From contig CAVYNY010000020.1 of the NCBI GenBank assembly GCA_963769935.1, positions 384,001 to 448,000 of the forward strand: a DNA stretch of 64,000 nucleotides, written 5' to 3'. The notes beneath the pieces are model-generated. The model was not told the DNA's origin. It made no database searches and was given only the letters and a program-made list of their open reading frames with translations. Position numbers and translations under genes: made by a program. This document shows, one piece after another, positions 20,239 to 30,959 of this stretch. The first letter of the stretch is position 1; every line of letters starts with the position of its first letter. The stretch comes from an uncultured delta proteobacterium (GTDB taxonomy: Bacteria; Desulfobacterota; Desulfobacteria; Desulfobacterales; JAFDCJ01).

Positions 20239-22379
20239 GACTGCACTCCGTTGGCTCTGAGAAGGTCCATAACCTCCGGAAAATCAATGCCCAGGCTTTT
20301 AACTTTCTCAGCTGTGGGGATGCCGTCGGCTGTCCAGCCACGACGCTGGTAAACCGCATCTTTGAGTTTTTCATACTGGTCCTGCCGCCGCCGACGTAAA
20401 AGTGCTACTTTTTCAGCAGTGGTTTTACCGGATATATCGACTGCGTATTTTTCCTGCAGCTGGGTGTCGTACCGTTCGGCCCGTGACTCGTATTCCAGCT
20501 CGGTGACCGGTCCCATGGCCCGGTAGGGCAAATCGTCATGTTCCCTGCGGCCAAAGCCCATTTTCAAATTGAAGATCCGCTGGAAATTGTAGACGGCCTC
20601 ACTCATTTTTATCAGGTCATCCGGGGTGGCATGACCGGCCGGTCACCGCACTGAAATATTCGGCATACCAATTTACGTGTTTCATCACTTTGGCCGGCTC
20701 ATGCGTGTCTTGGTTGTCTTCGGGTACGATATCATTCCAGGGGAGTTTGCACAGCCCGCAAAGGCCGAACCAGGTGCGGAACATGGGAAACCAGTGAAGC
20801 GCCTCGGCTTTTTGTTCAAAGCTTGGCATAAAGTTGTGTACCATGTCCAGAAAAATCAGCCAGGCTTCATCATGCTGAGGGCCTTTGAGCGCCAGGCCGT
20901 AGCCGCCTTGCTGGGCCAGGGATTCTTTGGTCATGTATTCCGAAAACTCCAGGCCTTTGGCCTCCATGCCGATATCGGCCATGATGCCCGGATCGGCGCC
21001 AAATTCAGCGGCGAATATTTCCTTCATTCTGCGAACACCCTGACCGACGATGCGGCCGAAGCCTTCCCCGGCGGCCATTTGATGGACGATCTTAAGAGCG
21101 CTAAGACGATTACCGAAACTCAAGTCAATGCCGCCCGTGCGGGTTTCATTGATCAGCCCCAGTTCAAAACATTCCATGGCAAAGGCCAGGACCCGTGCCT
21201 ACCGATATGGTATCAAGTCCGTAGGCATCGCAATAGAAATTAATTTCTATGACGGTGTTCGGATCAAAGATACCCAGATTGGATCCACAACCGGCAATGG
21301 TTTCATATTCGGGTCCATCCACAAAAACTTTGCGGCCTTCAAAAGGTCCGGTCAGCGGCACAAAATCTTTGATCCCGTGTGAGCAGGCCACCGTGCATCC
21401 CATCCAGCAGCCGTCGTAGCCCGGGTCAAAGAGGCAGGCGATAGACCTGCTGACCCAGATTCGGGGCCTGCGGATGCGAGCCGTAGCGGAAATTATGGGT
21501 CGGCAGCAAATCATGATCGTTCATTATGGTGACCAGGTGGCTGGTTCCGATGCGTGACATTTCATTTTGTTTGGGATCCAATTCGACAATTTCCCGGGAA
21601 TATCGTTTGGCAACATCTTTCAGGCCCGCTTTGTCCGACGGGTGGTTTGTATCGGCGGTGACCGTGTCCCAGCGGACCACCAGCGCTTTGATCCCTTTGC
21701 CGGCAAAGACGGTTCCGATGCCGCCGCGGCCGGCCTGTTTGTAGCGGGCGCGCTTGCGCTTGACGTCGTACCAGGTGAAGTTAAGACATCCGATCAAGGT
21801 GTTTTTAGCGCCCGGGCCGGCTGAAACCACGGAGATGCTGCGCGGTTTGCCCGCCGCAAAATGTTCGGTCAGCCGGCGGGACAGATCATAGGCATTTTCA
21901 GGCAGGCCGGCGGCCGCCAATATCTGAACCTGTTGTTCGGTGCCGTCGATGAAGATGACGGTGTCTTCAGATGATTGGCCCTGAATTTCCAGCGCGTCAA
22001 ATCCGGAAAATTTCAGGTACGGCCCGAAATAACCGCCGACATTGGAGTCAATTACAGAGCCTGTCAGCGGTGAGAGCGTGGTGACAATGCTTTTGCCCGA
22101 ACCCGGAAACATGGGGGTCCCTCCCAGCGGACCCGATGCGATGCAAACGGCATTTTGCGGATCATTCCACCGGGTGGTCGGGTCAACGGCATTCCACAGC
22201 AGCCAGAGATCGTAACCTTTGCCGCCGATAAAGACGTCTTTGGTTTTCTGATCGACCGGTTTGACGGCGAGCTCTTGATTGGAAAGGTTTACATACAGGG
22301 TTTGATCGACATATCCTTTGTCGATTTCCGGCCGTTTGTACGCCATGGTTTTTACCACCTTGAATTCATAGTCAGGCAT
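20235..22379 (-). pseudogene. Aldehyde:ferredoxin oxidoreductase, split by three +1 frameshifts (pseudogene or sequencing error)
   Basis: Four collinear fragments with AOR motifs (IGGKG, SNVGG..LKFSGFD, AGRGGIG..KGIKA; CWMGCTVAC, GPEYET, CDAYGLDTIS; KGLE; YQRRGW..GIP); shifts near 21437, 21190 and 20630. Confidence 0.85.
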
Positions 22380-22437
22380 TTTACCACTCCTTAGAGTCTT
22401 ATTCGTGATTTTTTTGCAGTTTGTGAAATTATATTTT

Positions 22438-22560
22438 TATCATGAAAAAACGAAATCTTAAAAGCACGAAATTTATCTTCTCTGCTTTTCGTATTTTCGC
22501 CTGCCCCGTTATACCTTTTTTTCTCTGTTTAACCGGGGTCCCTTCGTGCTTTCGTGATTA
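22438..22560. repeat. CACGAAA/TTTCGTG inverted repeat (family D) with nested family-A-like hairpin
   Basis: ACGAAA..GCACGAAA / TTCGTGCTTTCGTGAT arms, also at 42756-42844; inserted CCTGCCCCGTTATACC..GTTTAACCGGGG at 22500-22538. Confidence 0.7.
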
Positions 22561-22606
22561 ATTTTTCCTTTTTGGTTCCGGCTTGTCGGGGTTAGGTAAA
22601 TATCGA

Positions 22607-23755
22607 CTATTTAAGTGCTTCTTCTACCTTAAAGTTTCGATATGGTGAAAATTCCTTCATAATAAGCTCGTCGCTTGCGGTTGTCTCGCGGGTGATGATC
22701 CGCGCCGCCAGTTCGCTGACACCTGGGGCCAGCATCAGTCCCTGGCCGCACATGCCGCTGGCGTGCAGGAGTCCCTTGATCTGCTGATTCCAACCAACCA
22801 GGGGAGCGCCGTCCGGGGTGCTCGGATAAAGACCGCGCCAGGTTCTGCGTACCCGCAGATTTTGCAGACGCGGTAGAAGGTGAACCATGCGGGTGCAGAC
22901 CTGGGGCAGAAATACCGACGTTTCGCGTTTGTCCTGACCGATGATCGGCGGATCCGGGGTAATGCAAAAAATGACCTGACCGTGCCGGTTCTGATAAAAG
23001 TAGTAATTCTTGGAACCCGGGGCCGGACGAATATCCACCACCATGCATTTGAAAAACGGCTGCACCGGTTCGGTGACGGCGCCCTCATGGGAATCGGGAA
23101 CAATCGGCAGGTCAACCTTTGCGGATTTACAAAGTTCCGGCGAAAAAGGCCCCGCGGCGTCGACCACCACCCCGGCGCTGTATCGGCCCTTATCCGTGGC
23201 GACGCCGACCACTTTGCCCTTTTCGCACAGGATTCGGTCGACTTTCTCCTTAAAGCGAAACTCAGCTCCCAATTCAAGGGCCCGCCGGTAGAAAGCATTG
23301 ACTGAAAGCAGGGGCGAGATGGAGCCGTCATCCGGTGACACCATTCCACCGCGCAGCCCGTCCGGGTTGATTCCGGGAATAAGCGCCCGGATGGCCTGGG
23401 CGTCGACAAAATCAATATTCAGCCCATATTTCTTCTGCACCGGCAGCAGTCCCTGCAGCATCTGCTCGTCCTGCTGCCGGTATACCGGATAAACATAGCC
23501 GCCTTTAAACCACTCGATATCGTCACCGTGCAGCTGCTGCCAGCCGGAAAAAATTTCAAGCGAGCGCCGGCAGGTGAGTATTTTGCCGGGCGTCGAATGG
23601 GTGGCTCGGATGCCGCCGATGGCATGTTTGTTTTCTCCCTGCCCGGGCGAAGCTTGCATATCGATGACCAGCGGCTTGATGCCCTTTTCTGCCAGCGCCA
23701 TGGCCGTGGGGACCCCGACGGATCCGGCGCCGACAACTATTACGTCATATACCAA
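22607..23755 (-). CDS. FAD-dependent amine oxidoreductase (sarcosine oxidase beta / proline dehydrogenase beta-like)
   Basis: VVGAGSVG Rossmann motif, RTWRGLY..TPDG.P and GMCGQGLMLAP. Confidence 0.88.
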   Translation of the reverse strand: MVYDVIVVGAGSVGVPTAMALAEKGIKPLVIDMQASPGQGENKHAIGGIRATHSTPGKILTCRRSLEIFSGWQQLHGDDIEWFKGGYVYPVYRQQDEQMLQGLLPVQKKYGLNIDFVDAQAIRALIPGINPDGLRGGMVSPDDGSISPLLSVNAFYRRALELGAEFRFKEKVDRILCEKGKVVGVATDKGRYSAGVVVDAAGPFSPELCKSAKVDLPIVPDSHEGAVTEPVQPFFKCMVVDIRPAPGSKNYYFYQNRHGQVIFCITPDPPIIGQDKRETSVFLPQVCTRMVHLLPRLQNLRVRRTWRGLYPSTPDGAPLVGWNQQIKGLLHASGMCGQGLMLAPGVSELAARIITRETTASDELIMKEFSPYRNFKVEEALK

Positions 23756-23814
23756 ATTAAGCTGTCTCCTTTAATTCTAAATCATCGCAGTTGCTTTAAG
23801 GTGTCCCAAATATA

Positions 23815-23940
23815 ATAAATTCCAAATCACAAATACCAAATAAATAACAATGACCGAAATACCAAATCCCAAGCCGTTTTGGTCATTGATTATTCGAATT
23901 TGAGATTTATTTGGAATTTGGTGCATGGAATTTGAGTTTT
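23815..23940. repeat. Family C heptad inverted repeat
   Basis: AAATTCCAAATCACAAATACCAAAT..CAATGACC / GGTCATTG..TTTGGAATTTGGTGC. Confidence 0.75.
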
Positions 23941-23985
23941 AATTAGATGAGCCATTATCAGTGCCATATAAGATGATTTGGTTTT

Positions 23986-26091
23986 TTATCGATGTTCCTT
24001 GGAGTCCCCTTCGCATCCCGCTAATACGCCAATCGGTACTTCCACAAACAGGGGTCTATCAACCCGGTCGGTCACCACTCCCGGATCGATTCCTTCTTCC
24101 TGAAATATCCGCCAGATCATGGGGCGACAGGTTTTAGAGCCGCAGGCGCCCATACCGGCCCGGGTCAGGGCTTTGAGCTGGTTCATATCCCGGATGCCAT
24201 CCCGGATCGCCGCTCGAATTTCACCGGCGGTGACCCGTTCACAGCGGCAAACAATGGCCTCATCCGCCGGAGGCGCCTTTTCATAGATTTTGGAAGGCTC
24301 GATCTGTTTTTCCTGAACCCAGATGCCGACCGCGGCTTTGGCTACTTTCCGGTCGACTTTCAACTGCACCAGCAGGGTACCCGGATATTTGCGCCGTGTT
24401 CTCACTTTTTCAACCGGGTAATACCCTAGTATGGCACCGTCAATGTCGGTAACCGGGACTTTCTGACCGACTCTTACCCGCCCCCGCCACACCTCATAGG
24501 GCAGGGTCACCAGGGGATGCGCCGGATCTTCCCTGAAATCAACCATTACGACCGATAGTCCCGGACAAACGGCGACGCAGCTGGCACAGCCGGTGCAGGC
24601 GTCCAGATCCATCATGTAAGGCAGACCGGTAATCTCATCGTTTTCGGTTTTGATGGCTCCGGCAGGACACACCGACGTGCAGGGATTGCAGGGCACTTCC
24701 TGATAGCAGTGAAATATCGGAAAAACACCGTCTTCTTTGGCGGGCGGCTTCCGTCTTGCCGGCCTCCCGGGTTTTGATTTCAGGACGGTCGCTTTTTGAT
24801 GCCAGTCTTTGGGAATCTCTCCCGTTTCAACCCCCAGAGCCTTGGCAATTTTAAAGCCCTCTATCCGGCCGGTGAACATGGCGGAGGAGGCTTCGGCAAT
24901 TTCCCGGGCATCACCGGCGCAAAACACATCCAGTTGAAATTGTTGGGCCTTAAGATAAAATTCATTGACCTCGGCCAGACCGACCGCGATCAAGACGGTA
25001 TCCACCTCAAATGTTTTATGGGTTCCGGCAATAATATTCCAGTCATCGTCGAGTTGGGCGATGGTGACGGATTCGACCTTGTCCGATCCATTGGCGCAAA
25101 CCACGGTGTGGCTTGTAAAAATAGGGACGCCCAGGCGCTTGAGCTTGTCGGCATGCACTTTGTAACCCCCGACTTGCGGCAGGGCCTCAATCAGGGCGGC
25201 GACCTCGATTCCGGCCTGAATGGCATGGTAGCCGGCAATCAGGCCCACATTGCCGCCGCCTACCACCAATACCTTTTCGGAGGATTTTACCAGGTCGCGA
25301 TTAACCAGGGTTTGAAATGCTCCGGCGCCGTAAACGCCCGGCAACGTGTTGCCCGGAAAGGAAAGCATCTTTTCCCTGGCGCCGGTGGCAACCAGAAGAA
25401 TGCGGGGCTTTATTTTGCAGTATTGATTTTTTCTGACCGCACCGACGATTTTATCGGCAAACACCGCCACGGCCGTGGTATTGAGCCAGACTTCTACCGT
25501 ATCCAGCGCCGCCAGCTCCTGCTGTAGAATTTTCCCAATTTCATTGCCCCGCGTCCCGGCGTGCGAATCCTCTACGGAACCGAAAAACTTATGGGTTTGC
25601 AGTACCAGCTTGCCGCCCAGTCGGTCCTTATCATCCACGATCAGGGTGTCGACATTGCGTTTTCCCAGCTCGATAGCCGCCGAAAGCCCTGCCGGTCCGC
25701 CCCCGATCACCAGCACGTCCACTTCTTTGGTGGCGATTTCAGTGGCTTGCGGCAGGCGGTCTGTGGCGGGTATTTTCGGGAGACCTTCGACGCTTTCGAT
25801 CAGCATGTCCTTTTTCAGCGGTGTCATGCACGATTTTACGGGCAATTGGTCGGCCATCACCAGACACTGGGAGCACTGGCCGTTGGCGCAGAAAATTCCC
25901 TGGGGGCTGTTGTCTTTGGGGTGGTGCCCGAAAACATGAATGCCGTTGGCAAACAGGGCCGCAGAAATCATTTCCCCCTCATAGCCGGCCATCTGCCGGC
26001 CGTTCCAGGTGAACTTCACCTCAGTTCGCGGCGGTATTTCAATAATTGGATGTTTTGTAATGCGATGACTTGTCATGGCTGTTAATACCAT
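23986..26091 (-). CDS. Fused 2Fe-2S / FAD-NAD(P) / 2x4Fe-4S / BFD-like subunit (sarcosine oxidase or proline dehydrogenase alpha-like)
   Basis: CANGQCSQC, GGGPAG, ATGARE..PGNTLPGV, GGGNVG, CYQEVPCNPC..CP, CTGCASCVAVCP and CRCE..GMGACGSKTC. Confidence 0.88.
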   Translation of the reverse strand: MVLTAMTSHRITKHPIIEIPPRTEVKFTWNGRQMAGYEGEMISAALFANGIHVFGHHPKDNSPQGIFCANGQCSQCLVMADQLPVKSCMTPLKKDMLIESVEGLPKIPATDRLPQATEIATKEVDVLVIGGGPAGLSAAIELGKRNVDTLIVDDKDRLGGKLVLQTHKFFGSVEDSHAGTRGNEIGKILQQELAALDTVEVWLNTTAVAVFADKIVGAVRKNQYCKIKPRILLVATGAREKMLSFPGNTLPGVYGAGAFQTLVNRDLVKSSEKVLVVGGGNVGLIAGYHAIQAGIEVAALIEALPQVGGYKVHADKLKRLGVPIFTSHTVVCANGSDKVESVTIAQLDDDWNIIAGTHKTFEVDTVLIAVGLAEVNEFYLKAQQFQLDVFCAGDAREIAEASSAMFTGRIEGFKIAKALGVETGEIPKDWHQKATVLKSKPGRPARRKPPAKEDGVFPIFHCYQEVPCNPCTSVCPAGAIKTENDEITGLPYMMDLDACTGCASCVAVCPGLSVVMVDFREDPAHPLVTLPYEVWRGRVRVGQKVPVTDIDGAILGYYPVEKVRTRRKYPGTLLVQLKVDRKVAKAAVGIWVQEKQIEPSKIYEKAPPADEAIVCRCERVTAGEIRAAIRDGIRDMNQLKALTRAGMGACGSKTCRPMIWRIFQEEGIDPGVVTDRVDRPLFVEVPIGVLAGCEGDSKEHR

Positions 26092-26197
26092 ATTATGGGT
26101 TATCCGGTTTCCCCGTTAGCCCGTGTGCCCGTTGACCGGTTATGACGACGGGCAGGTTGGATCATGAAAATATACATTAATTTTTCGGGCCGCGAGC

Positions 26198-26953
26198 TCA
26201 ACCCACAAACCGGCTCAACCGGCCTAAACCTGACACGGAAGCGTCCGCCCTCATTTTCATATACCTGCTGAACCGCTGCACGTGGTTTTCAGCCAGTCGG
26301 CGGGCCAGCTCCGCCCGGCCGTCTTCAATGGCCGCCACAATACTGCATAAATCCTGATAGTTTTCTTGGAGTTCGGGTTCTTCCATGGAAAGAAACTGAT
26401 CGTAATACCGATGGATGTTGTCGTGGATTGAATGCAGCACTGAAATATAAATGGGGTTGCCGGTAATATCGGCCATTGTCATATGGATTTGTTTGTCAAC
26501 CGTTAGAAACGCATCGCGCTGTGAACGTCCCTGCGCGACGCAAGTGCTGGCCTTGGCCAGCAGTTGTTTGAGTTTTTGAATATCTTTTTTCGCATGTTTT
26601 TCGGCGGCGTGGGCTGCAATAATGCCTTCCACGTCCTCCCGAAATTGGGATAGGTGAGTTAGCGAAACCCGCTGCGACCGGATTAAAAGTCCCAGACTTT
26701 CACTGACCTGCTCCGTATCGACCGCTCGGACCACGGAACCGCCGCCAACGCCGAGTTTGATTTCAATTAAGCCCTTTTGTTCCAGGACCCGCAGCGCTTC
26801 GCGCAGCGTGCCGCGGCTGATGTTGAACATCACCTTTAAATCACGTTCGGCCGGCAGGGTTTGACCGGCTTTTAACCGGCCTTCGAAAATCGCCTCCTGA
26901 ATTTGCTCGACAACATCCTGAAACACCTTGGTTTGTTTGGCGGCTTGGAACAT
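26198..26953 (-). CDS. GntR/FadR family regulator
   Basis: LPAERDL..FNISRGTLREALRVLE..G plus FCD domain. Confidence 0.92.
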   Translation of the reverse strand: MFQAAKQTKVFQDVVEQIQEAIFEGRLKAGQTLPAERDLKVMFNISRGTLREALRVLEQKGLIEIKLGVGGGSVVRAVDTEQVSESLGLLIRSQRVSLTHLSQFREDVEGIIAAHAAEKHAKKDIQKLKQLLAKASTCVAQGRSQRDAFLTVDKQIHMTMADITGNPIYISVLHSIHDNIHRYYDQFLSMEEPELQENYQDLCSIVAAIEDGRAELARRLAENHVQRFSRYMKMRADASVSGLGRLSRFVG

Positions 26954-27007
26954 GCAGTCCCCTCTCCGAATTTTGGATCCCTCCGGACGGCCATCTTTAA
27001 TTGTTAG

Positions 27008-27022
27008 AATGGTTAGACCATT
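27008..27022. promoter_or_regulatory. FadR-subfamily operator
   Basis: AATGGT-TAG-ACCATT (TGGT-N3-ACCA, PdhR/LldR-like) about 55 bp upstream of the regulator. Confidence 0.7.
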
Positions 27023-27092
27023 ATAATTATCTCATTTGGGCTAACATGTCAATTGGATCCTGGATGTTTGCATGTTTTATTGGAGGCGAATA

Positions 27093-27235
27093 GAAGTGGT
27101 TTCAAAACCCCATCTGAGGCCCAATGGCTGCGTTGCGAGCCTCTTCAAAATGCTCACATACTCCCATGTATGCTGCGCTTTTTCATCGGCTCACGCCTTG
27201 CCCTTGAACCTGATCTGAGGTTTTAAAACCACTTC
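27093..27235. repeat. MITE-like element
   Basis: 17-bp imperfect TIRs GAAGTGGTTTCAAAACC / GGTTTTAAAACCACTTC with internal CATAC-tcccat-GTATG hairpin. Confidence 0.7.
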
Positions 27236-27285
27236 CAGGAGAAAGCGGGCATTGGGGCAATATCGGCTCAACCGCAAAAGCTCAG

Positions 27286-28407
27286 TTAGGCAAAACTGCC
27301 CAAACCATTTTCAAAAATTACCTTGACTTTATTGCGGCCGTCCCGTTTGGCGCTGTACAATGCTTGATCGGCTGCTGCAATTAGAGAATCCGGTTCAATG
27401 GTCTGGTTGGGAGCGGCTGTGGCCAATCCCATGCTAACAGTGATGGTGAAGGTCTGCCCCGGTATAATGAATAAGTCGCGGGCAATCGATGCTCTGATAC
27501 GCTCTGCAACCACGGTGCCGTCTTCTGAATTACATTCAGGCAAAACTACCAAAAATTCTTCGCCGCCTATTCTTCCGGCCGAATCATAGGGTCTGATACA
27601 GTCCTTCAGTCTTCTGGCGGTTTCTACTAGAACTGCATCGCCCATGTTGTGCCCGTAAGTGTCATTGATGCATTTAAAATGATCCAGGTCGGCCAAGATA
27701 ATTGTTATCGGTTTATTCGTCCGTTTGAGGCGGGATATTTCCCGCCTTAAGACGTCAAATATGGCTCTGCGGTTCTGCAGTTCCGTAAGCGAATCATGAG
27801 AGGCCTGATATTCGAGCTGTTTATACGCCTTGCGCAATTCCGCCGTTCGCATTTCTACCATCGATTCTAAATTCTGATTCAGGGCCTGCGTCATTTTTTC
27901 GGCTTTCCATCTGGCGGCCAGCGTAGAGGCAAATTGACGGATTTCATAGGGATGAAAGGGCTTTTGAAGATAAAGCAATCGATCCGGAGGAGGCACTCGC
28001 TTTTCAATTTCAACCGGGTCAATATCGTCGAATCCGGTAACCATCACAATTTGAGTATGGGGGGAAATCGAGCGAATGTTCTCGGCAGTCCAAATTCCGT
28101 CCTGATCGGGCATCCTGATGTCGATGAAGGCCATTGAAAATAAATTCTGGTCGGCATCAGAAGCTCGAACAGCTTCAACCGCATTCAGGCCGTTGCTGCA
28201 AAGTGTCAGTTCATACAGGGGCTTCCGTAATTCCGGCAATATACTGCGGCCGCCTGATTCGCGCCCTGGGTTTTCTTTCGCGTGGTCGATGGTCTCAGGG
28301 GAAAAGGTGAGGGATTTGTGATTCAGAATGCTTTGATATAATTCAAGAAGTACTTCATCGTCATCGACTGCCAGTACCTTGAGTGGCCTACCCGCAATAC
28401 CTTTCAT
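27286..28407 (-). CDS. Response regulator-diguanylate cyclase
   Basis: Receiver (VDDD, DIRMP, KP) plus DSLT, DLDHFK..NDTYGH, RPYD I-site and GGEEF. Confidence 0.93.
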   Translation of the reverse strand: MKGIAGRPLKVLAVDDDEVLLELYQSILNHKSLTFSPETIDHAKENPGRESGGRSILPELRKPLYELTLCSNGLNAVEAVRASDADQNLFSMAFIDIRMPDQDGIWTAENIRSISPHTQIVMVTGFDDIDPVEIEKRVPPPDRLLYLQKPFHPYEIRQFASTLAARWKAEKMTQALNQNLESMVEMRTAELRKAYKQLEYQASHDSLTELQNRRAIFDVLRREISRLKRTNKPITIILADLDHFKCINDTYGHNMGDAVLVETARRLKDCIRPYDSAGRIGGEEFLVVLPECNSEDGTVVAERIRASIARDLFIIPGQTFTITVSMGLATAAPNQTIEPDSLIAAADQALYSAKRDGRNKVKVIFENGLGSFA

Positions 28408-28809
28408 AATTATTCATCCCGGCTGCAATATTAACTTTGATATCCTGGAGCGTATTTGCTTTTTTGACCCGGGGCCTAATATTCAAGCCATCCGCGGTGT
28501 AGTTGACGGTTACTGATCAATCGTTGTCAGAAATGAGCTTCCTCAAGCTATATTTAATCGGGACATTTTTAAATTACTTTAGTAAAATCCATGCACGAGA
28601 TGGGATTTTTATAAGGCCATTGTTTTCAGCCGGAGTTTTACCGTTCTTGGCCGAAAAGGGCTTAATTTTTTTTCTAATAAATTTCCTTGACTTATGTGGA
28701 GCTAAATTTTATCAAAGACGCCTCGAACAAAGAATCGGGCCGGATGGGCCTGCACTAATTTTGCAGCACAAGGGTTCGATGCAGAAGAATCGGAGGAAAC
28801 TAAACGGTC

Positions 28810-29670
28810 ATGTTGAACAACAAAATAGTTGCCATCATCGGCACGGGAAACATGGGAGATGCCCTGGTCAGCGGGTTGATAAGTTCCGGATCTTCCAAAG
28901 CCAATAACATAATCTGCGCCGATGTCAGACAGGACAAACTCGATCGGATCAAGTCGAGATACAAGGTTCGGACGACCACCAGCAATCTTAAGGCCGTGGC
29001 GGAAGCCGATATCGTTATCTACGCGGTTAAACCTCAGATTATGGCAATGGTATTACGCGAAACCGCGGCAAAACTGGATCTGAATAAGCTTATAATTTCC
29101 ATTGCGGCCGGGGTGCCGTTGGAGGCTATCGAAGCCTGCATAAAAAAAGATCTGCGGCTCATCCGGGTGATGCCCAATATTGCGGCTGCTGTAAAAGAGG
29201 CGGCAACCGGCATTGCGGCCGGAGCGCATGCCACCAAGGAAGACGTCAAGCTGACGATGGAAATTTTTAATTCCATTGGAAAGTGTGTTTTTCTGAAAGA
29301 AAATGATTTGATGAATGCCGTCACCGGGCTGAGCGGCAGCGGTCCGGCCTACATTTTTATGATTGTGGATGCGCTGGCCGATGCCGGCGTCAAGGTGGGC
29401 CTTTCACGCCAGGATGCGCTTTTTCTGGCCGCTCAAACTGTGTTGGGGGCTGCCAAATTGTTAATTGAAACTCAGGAGCATCCCGGGCAGCTGAAGGATA
29501 AGGTGACCTCGCCGGGCGGCACGGCCATCGCCGGACTGGCAACCCTTGAAAGCGGCGGCCTGCGCACCACCCTGATCAATGCCGTGGAAACGGCCACCCA
29601 TCGTTCGAAAGAACTCGGTGATATGATGACCAAAAATTTCAGCGCGGCGAACGCCAAAGACCACGAGTAG
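28810..29670 (+). CDS. proC: Pyrroline-5-carboxylate reductase
   Basis: IGTGNMG, AVKP, RVMPN, GLSGSGPAY and VTSPGGT. Confidence 0.97.
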   Translation: MLNNKIVAIIGTGNMGDALVSGLISSGSSKANNIICADVRQDKLDRIKSRYKVRTTTSNLKAVAEADIVIYAVKPQIMAMVLRETAAKLDLNKLIISIAAGVPLEAIEACIKKDLRLIRVMPNIAAAVKEAATGIAAGAHATKEDVKLTMEIFNSIGKCVFLKENDLMNAVTGLSGSGPAYIFMIVDALADAGVKVGLSRQDALFLAAQTVLGAAKLLIETQEHPGQLKDKVTSPGGTAIAGLATLESGGLRTTLINAVETATHRSKELGDMMTKNFSAANAKDHE

Positions 29671-29901
29671 CGGGAATTAATTCTAGCATTGAAGACCTGG
29701 TCCTTTGGGCCAGAATTCTTTACTCAACCCCTTAAAACCTGATTCGGAATTCCTTAGAGTTGCCGCTTGTGGTGCGTTGGCTGCGTCCCATCTAACAGAT
29801 CCCAATCCGGCGGGCGCCAGAATTTGCAAATCATCTGAATTAGTGCTAGAATTTCAGATAACCGCCGCCTACCGTTTATCCAGCGATTGGAGATCTATTA
29901 G

Positions 29902-30333
29902 ATGAAATTAACAAAGTTGGGGCTTGTTTCTCTGGTATTAGCCGGCTTGATGCTTGGATTGCTGCATTCGGCTGCATTTTCAAAAGAAATTGAATGGCAA
30001 TCCTTTGCGAAAGGAATGACTCGCGGTCGAAGCGAAAATAAAAAAATTTTTGTTCACTTTTATGCCGATTGGTGCGGCGCCTGCAGAATAATGGAGAATA
30101 AAACATTCAAAGATCCGGACATTATCGCCTATTTGAACCAAAATTTTATTTCCATCAAAGTGAATACGGACCGGGAACAACAAACCTCGACTCTATTCAG
30201 GATCCAATTTCTGCCGGACAACTGGTTCATTACCGAAGGCGGCGATCCGATCGGACATCAGCCGGGCTATATCACCCCCGAACAGCTGAAAGTGATTTTG
30301 AAGACGGTGATCAAGCAAGATACCGGACAGTAA
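29902..30333 (+). CDS. Exported thioredoxin-like protein
   Basis: Signal peptide and FYADWCGAC. Confidence 0.8.
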   Translation: MKLTKLGLVSLVLAGLMLGLLHSAAFSKEIEWQSFAKGMTRGRSENKKIFVHFYADWCGACRIMENKTFKDPDIIAYLNQNFISIKVNTDREQQTSTLFRIQFLPDNWFITEGGDPIGHQPGYITPEQLKVILKTVIKQDTGQ

Positions 30334-30365
30334 CGCGTTGTGTTTTATATTCAGATGATGGTCCT

Positions 30366-30935
30366 ATGCAATTTGATTTTGCCGGTTTAAAAGATATGAT
30401 CCGCAACAACGAGGCACCCGAGATGCCTGAATCGGGTACCTACATGCCGGCCTGTGTTTTTCTCCTGTTGTTCGATCTTGAGAACCCCCGTATTCTGGCT
30501 ATTCAGAAAGCGGACAGCGAAGGCTATCCCTGGAGAAACCAGGTTGCATTGCCGGGCGGTCACTTAGACGCGGCCGATGCCACCCCGCTTGAAGGCGCCT
30601 TCCGGGAGTTGGAAGAAGAGGTGAGCATCAGTCGCCGTCAGGTGCGACTGCTTGGCTCCATCGGCCATTTTCAAACCATAAACAACAGAGACATCGAAGT
30701 ATTTGCCGGTCTGTGGAATGGGTTGGGGCCCGTCGAGCATGATCCGGCCGAAATTGCCCGCACCCTTGAAATCCCGCTGCGCGTGCTGGTTCAAACCCAC
30801 ATCACTAAAGGCTACCATAATCGTATTCCCGATGTACATGAACTGCGATATCCGTTTGAAGATGTCGTTGTGTGGGGTGCTACCGCCCGCATTTTGCATC
30901 ATTTCATTGAACTTCTGTATCCAATCCTGAAGTAA
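30366..30935 (+). CDS. Nudix hydrolase, CoA pyrophosphatase-like
   Basis: QVALPGG..AFRELEEEV Nudix box and VWGATARIL. Confidence 0.85.
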   Translation: MQFDFAGLKDMIRNNEAPEMPESGTYMPACVFLLLFDLENPRILAIQKADSEGYPWRNQVALPGGHLDAADATPLEGAFRELEEEVSISRRQVRLLGSIGHFQTINNRDIEVFAGLWNGLGPVEHDPAEIARTLEIPLRVLVQTHITKGYHNRIPDVHELRYPFEDVVVWGATARILHHFIELLYPILK

Positions 30936-30959
30936 AACGGCCCAAGATTGTCTGGAGGT

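Noticed and set aside
20617..21428. Selenocysteine read-through of TGA stops in AOR
   Set aside because: Homology continues in a different frame each time, so these are frameshifts rather than in-frame TGA codons.
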